A stretch of 64,000 bases of DNA from positions 1,054,001 to 1,118,000 of the forward strand of contig NC_043024.1 in NCBI RefSeq assembly GCF_006345805.1, read 5' to 3'. Under the pieces are notes generated by a model. It was given only the letters and a program-made list of their open reading frames with translations, searched no databases and was not told the origin of the DNA. Position 1 is the stretch's first letter. The number at the start of each line of letters is the position of its first letter. The stretch comes from Octopus sinensis. Taxonomy: Eukaryota. The position numbers and the translations under genes are program-made. This document shows, one piece after another, positions 39,345-53,850 of the stretch.

Positions 39345-40524
39345 TTCAAGTGTGGTAATGTACTTTGAAATGCTAATTATTTTTAGAATTCCCGTTGTGT
39401 TTGTTTTAAGGAGAATCTTTAACAATTGCCAACCTCAGAACCAATATGCAAATTAGTTCTACCGACACACAAACCAGGCAGCAGATTCCATTTCGCCTTC
39501 GGCCATGGTCTCCTGCTTCTCGACAGAATGGCTGAGCAGGACCTGGAGAGGAGTAATGAGCCAAAGATCGGCACTGGTTCCAATAACCAAACTGCTTTGC
39601 CAATAATGGGTTTTGTGTGTGAGTGCACACACACACCCACACACATGCGCGCGCACACACACACACATGCATGCACACACATACACATACACTCACAGGC
39701 ACATACACACACATGCATGTACACATACACGCACACACAGATATGCATACACACACATACACATACATATACGCACACACAGATATGCATGTGCACATAC
39801 ACGCACGCATGTACATAGAGAGTAGAATCGAATTTTCTCCCAGTTGCCGGGGTCGGGTGGGGCCCTGTGTGCCTTTCCTTGAGTTTCATTCCACAGCAAG
39901 ACATAATTTAATATACTAAATGTATATTACGTGTATGTACGTGTGCATGTGTGTATGTACACATTTGTGTATGTGTGTTTGCATGTATGTTGTGTGTGAG
40001 TGTGAGTGTGTGCGCCTGTGTATCTTTGCATGTGTGTGTGTGTGTTTATATGCTTGTATGTGTGCATGTGTGTGTGTGTTTATATGCATATATATGTGTG
40101 TGTGTTTGTGAGTGTGTTTGTATATACATGTATGTGTGTGTGTGTGTATATATGCATGTATATGTATGTGTGTATATATGCATGTATGTGTGTATGCATG
40201 TGTGTGTGTATGCATGTATGTATGTGTGTGTTTGTATATATACATGTATGTGTATGTATGTGTGTGTGGAAGCCTGTGGTTTAGTGGTTAGGGTTTTGGA
40301 CCCACTGTTGTAAGATTGTGGTTTCAATTCTTGGACTGGGCAATGCATTGTGTTCTTGAGCAAAACACTCCACTCTTCACTTCATGATACTCCTGTCCAC
40401 TCAGCTGTAGAAATGAGTTTAGCCTGGAGAGAGATGGGACTGAACCTAAAACCATGTGTTGGGGAGCAAACTTCTTAACCACACAGCCAACCCAACAACT
40501 ATATCTATATATATATATATATAT

Positions 40525-40920
40525 ATTCTTTTATCCTTTTACTTGTTCCAGTCACATGATTATGGCCATACTGGAGCACTGCCTTTAATCAAACAAATTG
40601 AACCCAGGACTTATTCTTTGTAAGCCTAGCACTTATTCTGTTGGTTGCTTTTGCTGCTAAGTCACGGGGATGTAAACACACCAACATTGGTTGTCAAGTG
40701 ATGGTGAGGGAACACAGACACACAAATACATATATATACACACACACACACACCTATATATGACAGGCTTCTTTCAGTGTCAACCTACGAAATCCAGTCA
40801 CAAGGCTTTGGTCAGCCAGAGACTATAGTAGAAGACACTTGCCCAAGTTGCTATGCAGTGGGACTGAACCCAGAACCATGTGGTTGGGAAGCAAGCTTCT
40901 TACCACACAGCCACTCCTAT
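40525..40920 (-). mobile_element. SINE family A
   Basis: Full-length diverged copy. Confidence 0.8.
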
Positions 40921-41794
40921 ATATATTGTTTTCTAAAATTTCAATTTTTTTTTTTTTAATGAATTAACCCACCGCCCTGTCCTGTGCACCTCCACACCAA
41001 TAGTCCAGTTGTTTTTCAATTCGTTTGCTCATTTGCACATCCACAAGTGATTTTGAACAGCTCATGAGTTTAAGCTGAGAACAGGGCATGCAGTCCACAG
41101 ACTTTTATCTTGCAGCCCTCTTGATACTTTCTTGAAATGGGTTTATCTAAACAAACATTTAAAAAATTTTATCAAAAATTAAAGAAAAGTAAAAAAAAAG
41201 AAAGATACTACTGTTTTGGAATGATATTTCATGTTGAATCAACGATCATTCATTCATTATTGTAATAATAGCATGGGAGAGCAAAATACTTTCAATTCTG
41301 TCAGTATACAAGCAGCCCTCAAAAAACTTTCTGTGATTAAAGAGGCCCTCTATGTAATTTGAGTTGGCCAGGCCATGAAATTTTTTTCCACCAGAGTTCC
41401 GGACCCCAGTAATGAATTCATTTGCATACAGCCAATTAGAGCTCACCTTGAAAATCCACTTACTGTGTACTACTACTACAGTACAGCCAGTCAGGCATAG
41501 AATGGTGTATGTCACTCTGTGAGTACAGCATAGCAGGTCTCACATAAGTACCACAATCTCCCCCACCACCATTCTCATAAATCAATTGAACACCATCTCT
41601 ATATGGAGCTAACATTAGGTACCTATGCTCAGATTGAGATTAGTGATACTGCATGGCCCACTGATATATGCAAGGAGGGCACAATATGATACAATGCCAT
41701 ATTGATAATGATTTTTACAAGTCAAAAACATTCATCATCATGCCACTGTCAACAGCTACACACTCAATGTCATTCATCAGCATCATGATCCTCA

Positions 41795-42330
41795 TCACCC
41801 ATGCCGGTGACACGTAAAAAGCACCATCCGAATGTGGCAGATGCCAGTGCCGCCTGACTGGCGTCCGTGTCGGTGACGCATAAAAGCACCGACCGATCGT
41901 GGCCGTTTGCCAGCCTGCTCTGGCCCCTGTGCCGGTGGCACGTAAAAAAACACCCATTACACTCACGGAGTGGTTGGCGTTAGGAAGGGCATCCAGCTGT
42001 AGAAACACTGCCAAATCAGACTAGAGCCTGGTGCAGCCTCCATGGCTTACCAGACCCCGGTCGAACCGTCCAACCCATGCTAGCATGGAAAACAGACGTT
42101 AAATGATGATGATGATGATGATGATCATCATCATCATCATCATCATTATCATTGTTTGCTTTCTTTCTTCCTTGCTGGCATGGGTTGGACAGTTTGGTAA
42201 GAGTTGGCCAGCCGGGGATCTGTGCCAAGCTCCAGTTGTCTTTTTTGGCATGGATGCCATGGCTGGATGCCCTTCCTAATACAAACCACTTTACAGAGAG
42301 TGCTGGGTGCTTGTCATGTGCCTGTGGCAT
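41795..42330. mobile_element. Tail-to-tail RTE 3' UTR fragments
   Basis: The + copy ends in (GAT)n at about 42123 and is immediately followed by (CAT)n and a diverged - copy. Confidence 0.75.
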
Positions 42331-42577
42331 GTGAAGGCATGTATGTGTGTGTGTGTGCTTCTGTATTTACATATCCTCATTAACACCAGAGCAGAAGTGG
42401 TGTCTTTTGTTTATGTTCTCCTCTAAGCAAAAGTCCTGTTGATATGTAGGAACCAATGGCACCAGATTAGGGTTGGTGAATGGAAGAACATCCAGCTGTA
42501 AAGTGTCTGCTTCAATATGTTCAGTCTGACCTGTGCTAGCAGAGAAAAAGGATGTTAAAAATTATGACAATTTTGGG

Positions 42578-42790
42578 TTTCCATCTACAGCATGAAAGAA
42601 TATTTGGCTGAGAACCAATATTTGCAGTGATGATGATGTCATACTGGCTGTTGATGATGTTTCAGGCCAACAGGATGGAAGCTTCTTCACCAATGGGCTC
42701 CAAGCACTGCAACACCAATGGAAGAACGTTTGTAGACACAGTAAGGGGTGGGGTGGGGTGGGGGACTATGTTGAAGAATAAATCTTATTT
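42578..42790 (+). mobile_element. Mariner transposase C-terminal remnant
   Basis: Frameshifted MKEYLAENQY..DDDVILAVDD...SFFTNGLQALQHQWK...GDYVEE*. Confidence 0.75.
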
Positions 42791-42942
42791 GGTAACATTT
42801 CATGGGAACATCTTGGTCAGCCTAAGGGTTTTCAGCCAACCCTTGTAGCAAATACCTTTCATGGCAAGATTTTAGATTCTAAGAGGCTGTCATAGAAGGT
42901 ACTTGTCTAAAGTGCTGTGCAGTATGATTGGACTCAAAATTA

Positions 42943-43200
42943 TCTCTCTATATATAAAGCTGAAGTTGTCTGTGTGTGGCAGGTTTGGTAGCCTTCAACT
43001 AACACTATCTCCTCCGAGACCCTGTGGCGCAAGTTGACCAAAATTGAGAGTATGATAGAAGAAGGCTTGCTCTTCCTTCCGTTGAAGATAAAATTCAAAT
43101 CAGACCATGTTAACACCAAAAATTATTTACATCAAAAAGGTGCTTTTTTTCTATGAAAATCCCTATTTTTTACGATTTTTTTACTGCTGTGTCGCGACTG
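42943..43200 (+). mobile_element. Probable non-autonomous Helitron, 5' part
   Basis: A|TCTCTCTATATATAAAG start followed by GTCTGTGTGT, the same architecture as the element at 58093. The 3' end was not found. Confidence 0.45.
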
Positions 43201-43629
43201 GTTCAGTCTTTGAACTGGGTGGTAAATGGCATTACCAGAATGCAGGACATGCATTTCTGTGTTGCTATGCTTCATCAGCTGTAGGCAGCAGATTTGTCTT
43301 TCATAGCCCACCGACAACTGCTGTTCTTATATGTAAATAGCAAATAATAAATTTGCTGGTGTGTACAAAGCTTTGTCAAGCTGAAATTAATTAGACACGC
43401 TAAGCAGTGATGATTAAAATAAAGTGGTGTACATTTATATTTAACCAAGGGGGAAAAATTACCCTGCATGGAAAACAAGTGAGGGTTGGCAACAAGAACT
43501 GGCTGAGGCAGATTTTCTGTAGTCAAATGCCCATCTGACCTCAGAAAATCTGCCTCAGCGAATTCCATCTGACCCATGCAAGTATAAAACAGTTTGTGTA
43601 TACACTACACTTTGATCTTAGCCAAAAGA

Positions 43630-44112
43630 AATCGAAATTGAACCAAATCCTATGACTGGCACCCGGCCATTGCCAGTGCTGCTGGACTGACTCCTGTGCA
43701 GGTGGCAAGTAAAGAAACACCGTTTCAACCCTGTGTTTGAGGAGATCTATTGAGTCAAGTACATCAACATCAAAAATCAATGGAAATTGTAGTTGTGATC
43801 CCTGTGCTGGTGGCATGTAAAAAGCACCATCTGAACGTGGCCAATGCCAGCGCCGCCTTGATGGGCTTCTGTGCCGGTGGCACGTAAAAAGTACCAACCG
43901 ATTGTGGCTTTTGCCAGCCTTGCCTGGCACGTAAAAAGCACCCACTACACTCACAGAGTGGTTGGTGTTAGGAAGGGCATCCAGCCATAGAAACACTGCC
44001 AGATCAGACTGGAGCCTGGTGCAGCCTCTTGGCTTCCCAGACCCTGGTCGAACCGTCCAACCCATGCTAGCATGGAAAACGGACGTTAAACGATGATGAT
44101 AATGATGATGAT
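43630..44112 (+). mobile_element. RTE 3' UTR fragment
   Basis: Repeated GGCACGTAAAAAGCACC modules and a (GAT)n tail. Confidence 0.8.
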
Positions 44113-44804
44113 GTATACTGAAATGTGTTAAAATCTTCTGCAGTGAATTCCATTCAGGCCATGCAGGTATGGGAAAGTGGAAGTCAAAATGGTAAAGAAA
44201 GAGAAAAGATCAATTTAGTGTGTGAAGTCTTTGGTAATTTGCTATTCAAAGGGTTAACCATCAACCTGTAATGTATTTCTAAAGTACAACCGAAACCCAG
44301 CCCCTTCCCCGTATATTTATGCCACTCCCATCTTCCCTAAGAAAACCAAAATCAATACAAGCTTGAGAAATAAAACAACTCAATGGAATTGATTTTGAAA
44401 AATATATTGTGTCTGTTTGAGAAATGGTGACTTGTAAGCATCAGAAATAATTCAAAGAAATCTCTTAGAACCTTTTAAATTCAGGGATTTTAGCAGTTGG
44501 AAATTTTTATATTTTTCCTGATTTAAAAAAAAAAAAAATTGTCATTTTTAAAAATCCGATTATTTCTTGTAATACATTGGAAAATACATTTATTTAACTT
44601 TTAGATAATTTTATATTTATTTTATTACTGCATGAATATTTTATTATGAAGTATGAAATTATATTGTTTTTGTGGAAAGAAGAAATAAAAGATTGAATTT
44701 ACAAAATATTTCACTTCTTTCTAAGTTGTGGGTTGTTAGATCAAATCTACTTCAATGCTGGAATGGGTTGGACTATATATGTATACATAAATATATGAAT
44801 ATAC

Positions 44805-45203
44805 TCTTTTTACTCTTTTACTTGTTTCAGTCATTTGACTGCGGCCATGCTGGAGCACCGCCTTTAATCGAGCAAGTCGACCCCGGGACTTATTCTTTTG
44901 TAAGCCCAGTACTTATTCTATCAGTTTCTTTTGCTGAACCGCTAAGTAACGGGGACATAAACACACCAGCATCGGTTGTCAAGCAATGCTAGGGGGACAA
45001 ACACAGACACACAAACACACATATATACATATATATATATATATATATACGACGGGCTTCTTTCAGTTTCCGTCTACCAAATCCACTCACAAGGCTTTGG
45101 TCGGCCCAAGGCTGTAGTAGAAGACACTTTGCCCAAGATGCCACGCAGTGGGACTGAACTCGGAACCATGTGGTTGGTAAACAAGCTACTTACCACACAG
45201 CCT
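44805..45203 (-). mobile_element. SINE family A
   Basis: Near-consensus full-length copy. Confidence 0.9.
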
Positions 45204-45692
45204 TTTTTTTGTGTATATGTGTGCGTGTATCAGCATGTGTGTATGTGGGTATATGTCTGGTAGATCTTTTAGTCAAACTGTCTGAAGTAAGAGAAGCAAA
45301 TTGTGTGCGTGTATGTGTGTACATCAGTGTGTGAGCATGTGTGTGAATGTGTGCTTACGTGTTGCTGGCTGTAGCCTTAATGAGACTTCAATCCTAGAGC
45401 TTGTTCTTCCTCGCTTCTTCAGCAGGACATTATTTTGGCTAAGGAAACGGTAGAAATGAGATCATTAGAACATCATAAAAATTCTTGTCAGCTCCTCCAC
45501 TCATGCCAGACACATCTTGTTTCGGCACCTGTCGTTGCCAACCAAACTTTCTTTTTTGTTTTTCGTTTCTATTTCCTTTTCTTTAAAATTATGTAATTAA
45601 GGAATTAGAAGTATAAACTTTTTCAGTCAGAAATCAAACTTCAAATATATGACCACCACCGCTGAAATTGCGGTGGAATGTCTTAGCTTTAG

Positions 45693-45890
45693 AGAAATAA
45701 GTATTTCGTCTGTCATTACATCTTGAGTTCAAATTCCGCCGAGGTCGACTTTGCTTTCATCCTTTCGGGGTCGATAAATTAAGTACCAGTTACGCACTGG
45801 GGTCGATGTAATCAACTTAATCCCTTTGTCTGTCCTTGTTTGTCCCATCTGTGTTTAGCCCTTGTGGGTAGTAAAGAAATAGGTATTATT
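45693..45890 (+). mobile_element. SINE family B body unit
   Basis: GAGTTCAAATTCC B box plus Meta-like domain. It begins and ends with AGAAATA(A/G)GTATT. Confidence 0.8.
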
Positions 45891-46298
45891 TTAACAAGAT
45901 ACATCTTGTAATTGCTTGAGGAGACACATCTACACCCAAATCAAACGCTCCGTGTGCCACCCGCGAGGGATCAAAGTCAGGTGGGTCAAAACAGTTGCAG
46001 TGATCAATAAGCATTCTTGTATCTTCCATCTTCTGTCTCACTCATTAATCAAATATTATCATCATCCTCCTCTTCATCATCATAATCTAATGTCCGTTTT
46101 CCATGCTGGCATGGGTTGGACGGTTTGACTGGAAACTGGTAAGCCGGGGGGAGTGGAGGGGGCGGGGCTGCACCAGGTTCCAATCTGATTTGGCATCGTT
46201 TCTACGGCTGGATGCCTTTCCTAATGCCCACCACTCCTTTGAGTCACTGATATAGCTTCACACTTAACCACACACACACAAAAACACACACACAACAC

Positions 46299-46333
<35 letters not shown>

Positions 46334-46473
46334 AACACCACACACACAAACACACACACACAGGTAAAAGTCACATTTGAAATAAACAGAATTCAAGTGA
46401 AATTAAGTTGAAATGTCTAAAGATGTCAATAAAAGTACTCTTTTCTCTTTCTCTCTCTCTCTCTTTCTGTCTG

Positions 46474-46512
<39 letters not shown>

Positions 46513-46679
46513 CTCCATTGAACAGAACCAGCTTCCCACAGCAGACATTTACTTTAAACATATTGCAATGTGATTTTCACTTTAAACTCTTAATCTTAAG
46601 GTATCCATCCTCGCCCTCCCACACACACTCCTCTCCTTTGCTGCTGTTGTTGTTGTCTTTATTATTTTTATTATTTGTG

Positions 46680-48059
46680 GTGGTTGTGATGGTGATGTTA
46701 ATGGTAGTGGCGATGATTGGGTGCAGGTGATGAGAGTAATGGTTGTGGGGGGTGGTATCTGGGTGTGATATTGGAGGTGGTGGTGGTGGTGGTGATAGTG
46801 ATGATGGCAGAGGTGGTGGTGGTGGTGGTAGTGATGATGGCAGAGGTGGTGGTGGTAGTGGTGACAGCAACGGTGGTGGAGATGGTGTTGGTGTTGGTGA
46901 TGATGATGATGATGATGGTGATGATGATACCAGGGGTAAGGATGGCAGTGGTAGTGTTGATGGTGGTGTTGGTGGTGGTGGTGGTGGTGTTGGTTGTGGT
47001 GTTAGTGTTTTCAATCTTGGTTGAACAAAGCAACACAACAAAACAACATTAAAAAAAAAAACATGGAAAGAACTAAAAATAAAAAAGAAACAAAAAGGAA
47101 AGGAAAAATACGAAGAAAAAACAACAAAAAAAACTACTTTCCTCCTTTCCTTCCTTCCTTCCTTCTTCCCTTTCTTTTCCTTCTTTCTCTCCTTCTTCTT
47201 TTTTCATTCATTTTCTTTCCTACTTTTCTTCTGGTTTTTTTCTTTACTTTTTTTCTTCTTTGTCTTTTTTTTTCTTTGTTTTTCTGGAATATCAAAATTT
47301 TATAACAATCTTCCTTAGTGATGTTGTTGTCGTTGGTGGTGGTGGTGTAGTGGGTGGGGGTTGGGGGTGCATCTGCAGGAATCGATATATTGACCAGTTC
47401 TCGAAAAACAGTGGAGCGGGGGGTGAGGGTGGTGGAGGAGCAGGCGGACGGGGTGAGGCTGGGGGGTGTGGCAAGAAGAGATTTTCCAAGTCAAAGGTGC
47501 TTTGCTGAGGTTATTGTTGGTATATGCTGCTCATCCTATTCACTCTCCTCCTCCATCATCATCATCATCATCCTCCTCTTCTTTATTATCATTACAGCTA
47601 TTATTATTATTATCATTGTCTTCATCATCATCATCAACTTCCTCCTCCATCACCATCGTCATCGTTATCATCACCATCATCATTTTCATTATTATCCTTA
47701 TTATTATTATTATCATTATTATTATTATTATTTATTTATTATCATTGTTGTTGTTATTATTATTATTATTATAATTATTATTATTATTATTATTATAATT
47801 ATTATTATTATTATTAATTATTATTATTATTATAATTATTATTATAATTATTATTATTATTATTATTATTATTATAATTCTATTATTATTATTATTATTG
47901 TTATTATTATTATTATTATCATTATTGTTATTATTATTATTATTATCATTATCATTGTTATTATTATTATTATTACTAAAATATACTTTTGTTATATTTA
48001 GGGTAAAGTAAAAAATCGAAAAAAGCCCCCTCCCCCACACACACACTCTTCAACTGTAT

Positions 48060-48093
<34 letters not shown>

Positions 48094-48135
48094 GCCACCA
48101 CCACTGTTACCACCACCACCACCACCACTACTGCT
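46680..48135. repeat. Trinucleotide low-complexity block: (GGT)n, (GAT)n, (CAT)n, (TTA)n, (CTA)n
   Basis: Directly visible. Confidence 0.9.
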
Positions 48136-48489
48136 ATTAAATATATTTTTGTTATATTTAGGGTAAAATCGAAAATAGAAAAAAGCAGACCCCCCCCTCC
48201 CCAACTCCCCTCCTCCTCAACAAAAAAAAAGAGAAGAAGAAGAAATCAATGCTGGTTATCCTACAGCCATAGTTCTGTGGCCCCCGACAAGACATGATTC
48301 TGCTCCTTATTTGAATATTGGAAATACTTGTTCTGCTGATAAAGAGGCAAAAATAATGTCTACAGGTTTTGCTTTTCTTTTGTTCTTCTTCTTCTTCTTC
48401 TGTTGTTGAGTTTCTTCAATAAATTTGCTGGGTTTTTTTTTTTTTTGCAAACTTTTGCATATTTCTTTGTCTGGAACTTCTGCCGCCTT

Positions 48490-48960
48490 CTGTCTGAAAG
48501 TCTGTCTGTCTGTCTGAACGCCTGTCTGTCTGTCTGTCTGAACGTCTGTCTGGCTGTCTGACTGTCTGTCTGTCTGTTTGAATGTCTGTCTGAACGTCTG
48601 TCTGTCTGTCTGAACGCCTGTCTGTCTGACTGTCTGTTTGGATGTCTGTCTGTCTGAACGTCTGTCTGAATGTCTGTCTCTCTGAACGTCTGTCTATCTG
48701 TCTGTCTGAACGTCTGTCTGTCTGCCTGCCTGCCTGAACGCCTGTCTGTCTGAACGTCTGTCTGTCTGTCTGGCCGTCTGACTGTCTGGATGTCTGTCCG
48801 TCTGAACGTCTGTCTGAATGTCTGTCTCTTTGAATGTCTGTCTGTCTGTCTGTCTGAACGCCTGTCTGTCTGTCTGAACATCTGTCTGTCTGAACGTCTG
48901 TCTGTCTGTCTGTCTGAACATCTGTCTGTCTGTCTGTCTGTCTGTCTGAACATCTGTCTG
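48490..48960. repeat. (TCTG)n array punctuated by TGAACG
   Basis: Directly visible. Confidence 0.9.
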
Positions 48961-48967
48961 CACCTCT

Positions 48968-49005
<38 letters not shown>

Positions 49006-49309
49006 CATTGTGTCTTTTGTATCTTTCTGCTTCTCTCATTCGTTTGACTGCGGCCATGCTGGGGCACCACCTTGAGGAACTTATAGTCAATTTGTTTCTT
49101 TTTTCAGCCTAGTACTTATTCTGTCAGTCTCTTTTGCTGAACCTCTAAGTTATGGGGATGCAAAGTAGGCATTGTTCGCGCTTGTTATCCTTAATGCTAA
49201 TCTCCGGCAGAAGGGGGGGGACTTGCTTCGTTTCTTCTCAGCCTCACCACATCTTTTTTGCTTTCGATGATTGTGTTTTGTTGGTTTGGGATTTTTTTTT
49301 TTTAATCGC

Positions 49310-49393
49310 AAAATATACAAAAAATATACAAAAAATATACAAAAAATATACAAAAAATATACAAAAATATACAAAAAATATACAAAAAATATA
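49310..49393. repeat. 10-12 bp tandem repeat (AAAAAATATAC)
   Basis: Directly visible. Confidence 0.9.
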
Positions 49394-49486
49394 CTATGCA
49401 TGTGTGAGTGTGGAGGGAGGGAGAAAGAGAGGGAGAAAGAGAGGGAGAGAGAGAGAGAGAGATGTATATATCATTGTTTTTTGTAA

Positions 49487-49528
<42 letters not shown>

Positions 49529-50434
49529 ATATACATGTATGTATATATGCTTATACATATGTATGTACATAAGTATATAGTTATATACATATGTATGTGT
49601 ATATATATCTACTTATGTATATATGTATGTGTGAATGTATGTATGAATGTATATATATACACACATATGTATGTTCATATATGTATGTATTTATGTATTT
49701 ATGTACATATGTATGTATATATTTATATGTGAATGTATATATGTATATATGGTTGTATTTATATATATATGTACACATATAAATCAAAGTATGTCTAATA
49801 TGGATAAGTGTGGGATTATATGTTGGTGGAACCCCTCTATTAGGTCATTAACCCTCAACCATCTTGCAGTTCCATCTTACGATGCCTTCAGTTGATAATG
49901 GTGTGCGTTCTGCCAGATGGTAATGGTGTGTTTAAATGAAGCCAGCTGGCACTGTGCCCCCTTTGGATAACTGTCGGCATTGTTAATTTTAGAAGTAGCC
50001 AGTGATTGTCATTGCTGTTGTTGTTGTTATTGTTGTAGGCTGCTGGTTATACATGCACCAGCTTGTATGCAATCTTAGATGCACATAGAGTTGCACACAT
50101 TGACACCAAGTCCTGGTGCAATTTTTGAAAAAAATATGTTTATGGTTTTATTTCTGTGTCTGATGAAATTAGTGCGAAGAGAACATTTAAAAGCCTGTTG
50201 CAGCTGTTTTGTCATTAACAATCAAAGACTTTATTGTAATTTATCTATCTGCCACTTGTTTCAGTTGTTAGACTATGGCCACGCTGGGGCAGCACCTTAA
50301 AGAAATTTTGTTCAAAGAATCTACTCCAGCCTCATGAATCAAAGCACAAATTTCTCAGATCCCTTCAGCATTCAGGTTCTTCTCTCAAAAGTGGTTTTTG
50401 TGTGGGATGATAAGAGCAGTACAATGGCTGTAGA

Positions 50435-50899
50435 CCTCGTTAGCGCACCGGGTGAAATGCTTAGTGGTATTTCGTCTGTCGTTACGTTCTGAGTTCAAAT
50501 TCCACCGAGGTCGACTTTGCCTTTCATCCTTTCGGGGTCGATAAATTAAGTACCAGTTTTGCACTGGGGTCAATGTAATCGACTTAATCCTTTTGTCTGT
50601 CCTTGTTTAGCCCCTCTGTGTTTAGCCCCTTGTGGGCAATAAACAAATATATTTATTCACATTGCTTTGAATTAAGCATGCCTTAAGAGATTGTCATGCT
50701 GTGATTACTATTTTACTCTTTTACTTGTTTCAGTCATTTGACTGCGGCCATGCTGGAGCACTGCCTTTTAGTCGTGCAAATCGACCCCAGGACTTATTCT
50801 TTCACTCTCTTTTGCCAAACCGCTATGTGACGGGGATGTAAACATACCAGCATCGGTTGTCAAGCAATGCTAGAGGGACAAACACAGACACACAAACAT

Positions 50900-50946
<47 letters not shown>

Positions 50947-51654
50947 TACGACAGGCTTCTTTCAGTTTCCGTCTACCAAATCCACTCACAAGGCATTGGT
51001 TGGCCTGGAGCTATAGCAGAAGACACTTGCCCAAGATGCCACGCAGTGGGACTGAACCCGGAACCATGTGGTTGGTAAGCAAGCTACTTACCACACAGCC
51101 ACTCCTGCGCCTATTGTTTATTTTTAGAATGATATTGTAGGACAGGTGTGAGAGGCCAGAGCTGGCCAGTTTTAATATGAAGCTGGTAGAATATTTTGGC
51201 CAGATATGACAGGTGTGAATGCTAAAAGGGTTAAGCAAGGGATAATCTGATGCATGGCATTGACAAGCTTCAACAATGGCAAAATGTGTTAGTGGTTTTC
51301 TGGTTTTCATTGCATGGGTCAGTAGGGGTCCCAGCAGAATGTCTAATTGCAACCCCAGCATAAAGCAAATCTGCCAATGCGTTGTCTCTTGGCTTCTTAA
51401 GCGGACATACTGGATCGTACAACTGGAACTTCTGCTTAAATTAATCCTAAATACCTCCACCCTGAAATAGAAAACAATATTTTAGTATTTCTGCTCAGGA
51501 ATACATGAAAAATAAGGCTTCCAAAATATTCCAAGTTTTGCTTCCCCATCCAATATATGTGTGTTTATAAAGTAAATAGACTTTTAGAATATATCTGGTT
51601 ATTATACATACTTTATGCAAGAATACCTATGTATGTGTGTATGATGTATGTATA

Positions 51655-51706
<52 letters not shown>

Positions 51707-52378
51707 TGGCGAGCTGGCAGAAACGTTAGCGCACCGGGCGAAATGTTTAGCGGTATTTCGTCTGTCGTAACGTTCTGAGTTCAAATTCCGCCGAGGTCAA
51801 CTTTGCCTTTCATCCTTTCAGGGTCGATAAATAAAGTACCAGTTTCGCACTGGGAGCGATATAATCGACTCAATCCCTTCGTCTGTCCTTATTTGTCCCC
51901 TCAGTGTTTAGCCCCTTCTGGGCAGTAAAGAAATATATATATATATATATAGGTGTAGGAGTGGCTGTGTGGTAAGTAGCTTGCTTACGAACGACATGGT
52001 TCCGGGTTCAGTCCCACTGCGTGGCACCTTGGGCAAGTGTCTTCTACTATAGCCTCAGGTGACCAAAGCCTTGTGAGTGGATTTGGTAGATGGAAACTGA
52101 AAGAAGTCCGTCGTATATATGTGTGTGTGTATATATATATATATGTATATGTATGTATGTGTGTGTGTATATGTTTGTGTGTCTGTGTTTGTCCTCCCCA
52201 ACATTGATTGACAACTGATGCTGGTGTGTTTACATCCCCGTAACTTAGCGGTTCGGCGAAAGAGGCCGATAGAATAAGTACTAGGCTTACAAAGAACAAG
52301 TCCTGGGGTCGATTTGCTTGACTAAAAGGAAGTGCTCCAGCATGGCCACAGTCAAATGACTGAAACAAGTAAAAGAGT
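50435..52378. mobile_element. SINE cluster: B(+) 50435-50650, A(-) 50710-51115, B(+) 51703-51935, A(+) 51950-52378
   Basis: Matches to the family consensus seen elsewhere in the window. Confidence 0.85.
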
Positions 52379-52896
52379 ATATATATATATGTATTGTTAG
52401 CATGAATGTCTGTACATATATATGCATGGATGCATATATGCTTGCACACATGTGATGTAATGAAATGTATTGTTTGTAACAGATATATATATTGTGTGTG
52501 TATGTATGTATGTATATGAATGGAACATATGTATGTGTGTGTGTGTGCATGCTCGCATACATGTCAGGTAATGAAATGTAATGTTTATAACATGTGTATA
52601 ACTCTGTGTGTGTGTGTGTGTTTATATATATATATATGTGTGTGTGTGTGTTTATGTAGCTGTTGAGGTTTCTAGTGTATTATATAATGAGTAATTATCT
52701 CTACTTAAGCTGCTGGGTAATTATCCTTACACTACATTACATTCTAATGAGTTGTTTAATAAACTTTTGCCTTGGTAATTGCTTCTATTGCAGACATCAG
52801 ACAATTACTGGTCTTTGATTGATAGTGTTTACGTCTTAAACTAAACAACTGAGTTTTCGCATGCATACCCATGCACACACACACACACACAATGTA

Positions 52897-52934
<38 letters not shown>

Positions 52935-53258
52935 CACACACACATATATACATATATATATATATATACACACACATATATATATATATACACATATATA
53001 TACATACATATATACACACACATATATATATATACATACATATATATACATATATATATATACATACATATATATATATACATACATATATATATACATA
53101 CATATATATATACATACATATATATATATATATACACACACAGAGCTAAATATAGGTAGATAGATGGATGGATATGTAGGCTGGTAGGTAGGTAGATATC
53201 TATATATATATATATATGCATGCATATATATATACGTACATACATACACACATACAGA

Positions 53259-53300
<42 letters not shown>

Positions 53301-53689
53301 CATCTCTGTATGTGTGTATGCATGTGTGTTTAGCTATACAGGTATTCACTTGATATATTCCTGATAAGCATCATAAATTATCATAACATGTATAACATAT
53401 ATTATATGAGTGATATATAATATATATTTAAAGGCGGTGCTCCAGCATGGCCGCAGTCAAATGACTGAAACAAGTAAAAAGAATAAAAAAAAAGAAGAGT
53501 ATATACAACATATATATTAAATATATAATAAGGGTATCCTGCTGAAGAAACATTGCCAGATCAGATTGGAACCTGGTACAGCCGCTGGCTCTCCAGACCT
53601 CAGTCGAACCTTCCAACCCATGCCAGCATGGAAAAATGGACGTTAAACGATGATGATGATGTATCATAAATTTAATATACGTAATATCT

Positions 53690-53850
53690 GCAAGTGGGAG
53701 TCTTGTGAGTCAGAGTGGCTGGCCATTCCAATACATCTTCCTTACCATTCCCCAGGGCAATGCCTTTGGCTGTTCCAGCGCATCTCCGTCACCATTCTCC
53801 AGGGCAATGCCTTCTCCATTTTGTCTGCTGGGACCATGAACTGGACTCTA
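53690..53850 (+). mobile_element. CRE-like RLE LINE C-terminal remnant
   Basis: WLFQRISVTILQGNAFSIL matches the LFQRxSxxIxxGNA end motif. It has a short internal duplication. Confidence 0.6.

Noticed and set aside
42666-42740. Apparent exon (tttcag|...|gtaagg)
   Set aside because: The sequence is explained by a mariner transposase C-terminal remnant.
46577-47052. Pro-, Thr- or Gly-rich ORFs resembling mucin or extensin
   Set aside because: (GGT/GAT)n low complexity is open in several frames on both strands and has no splice support.
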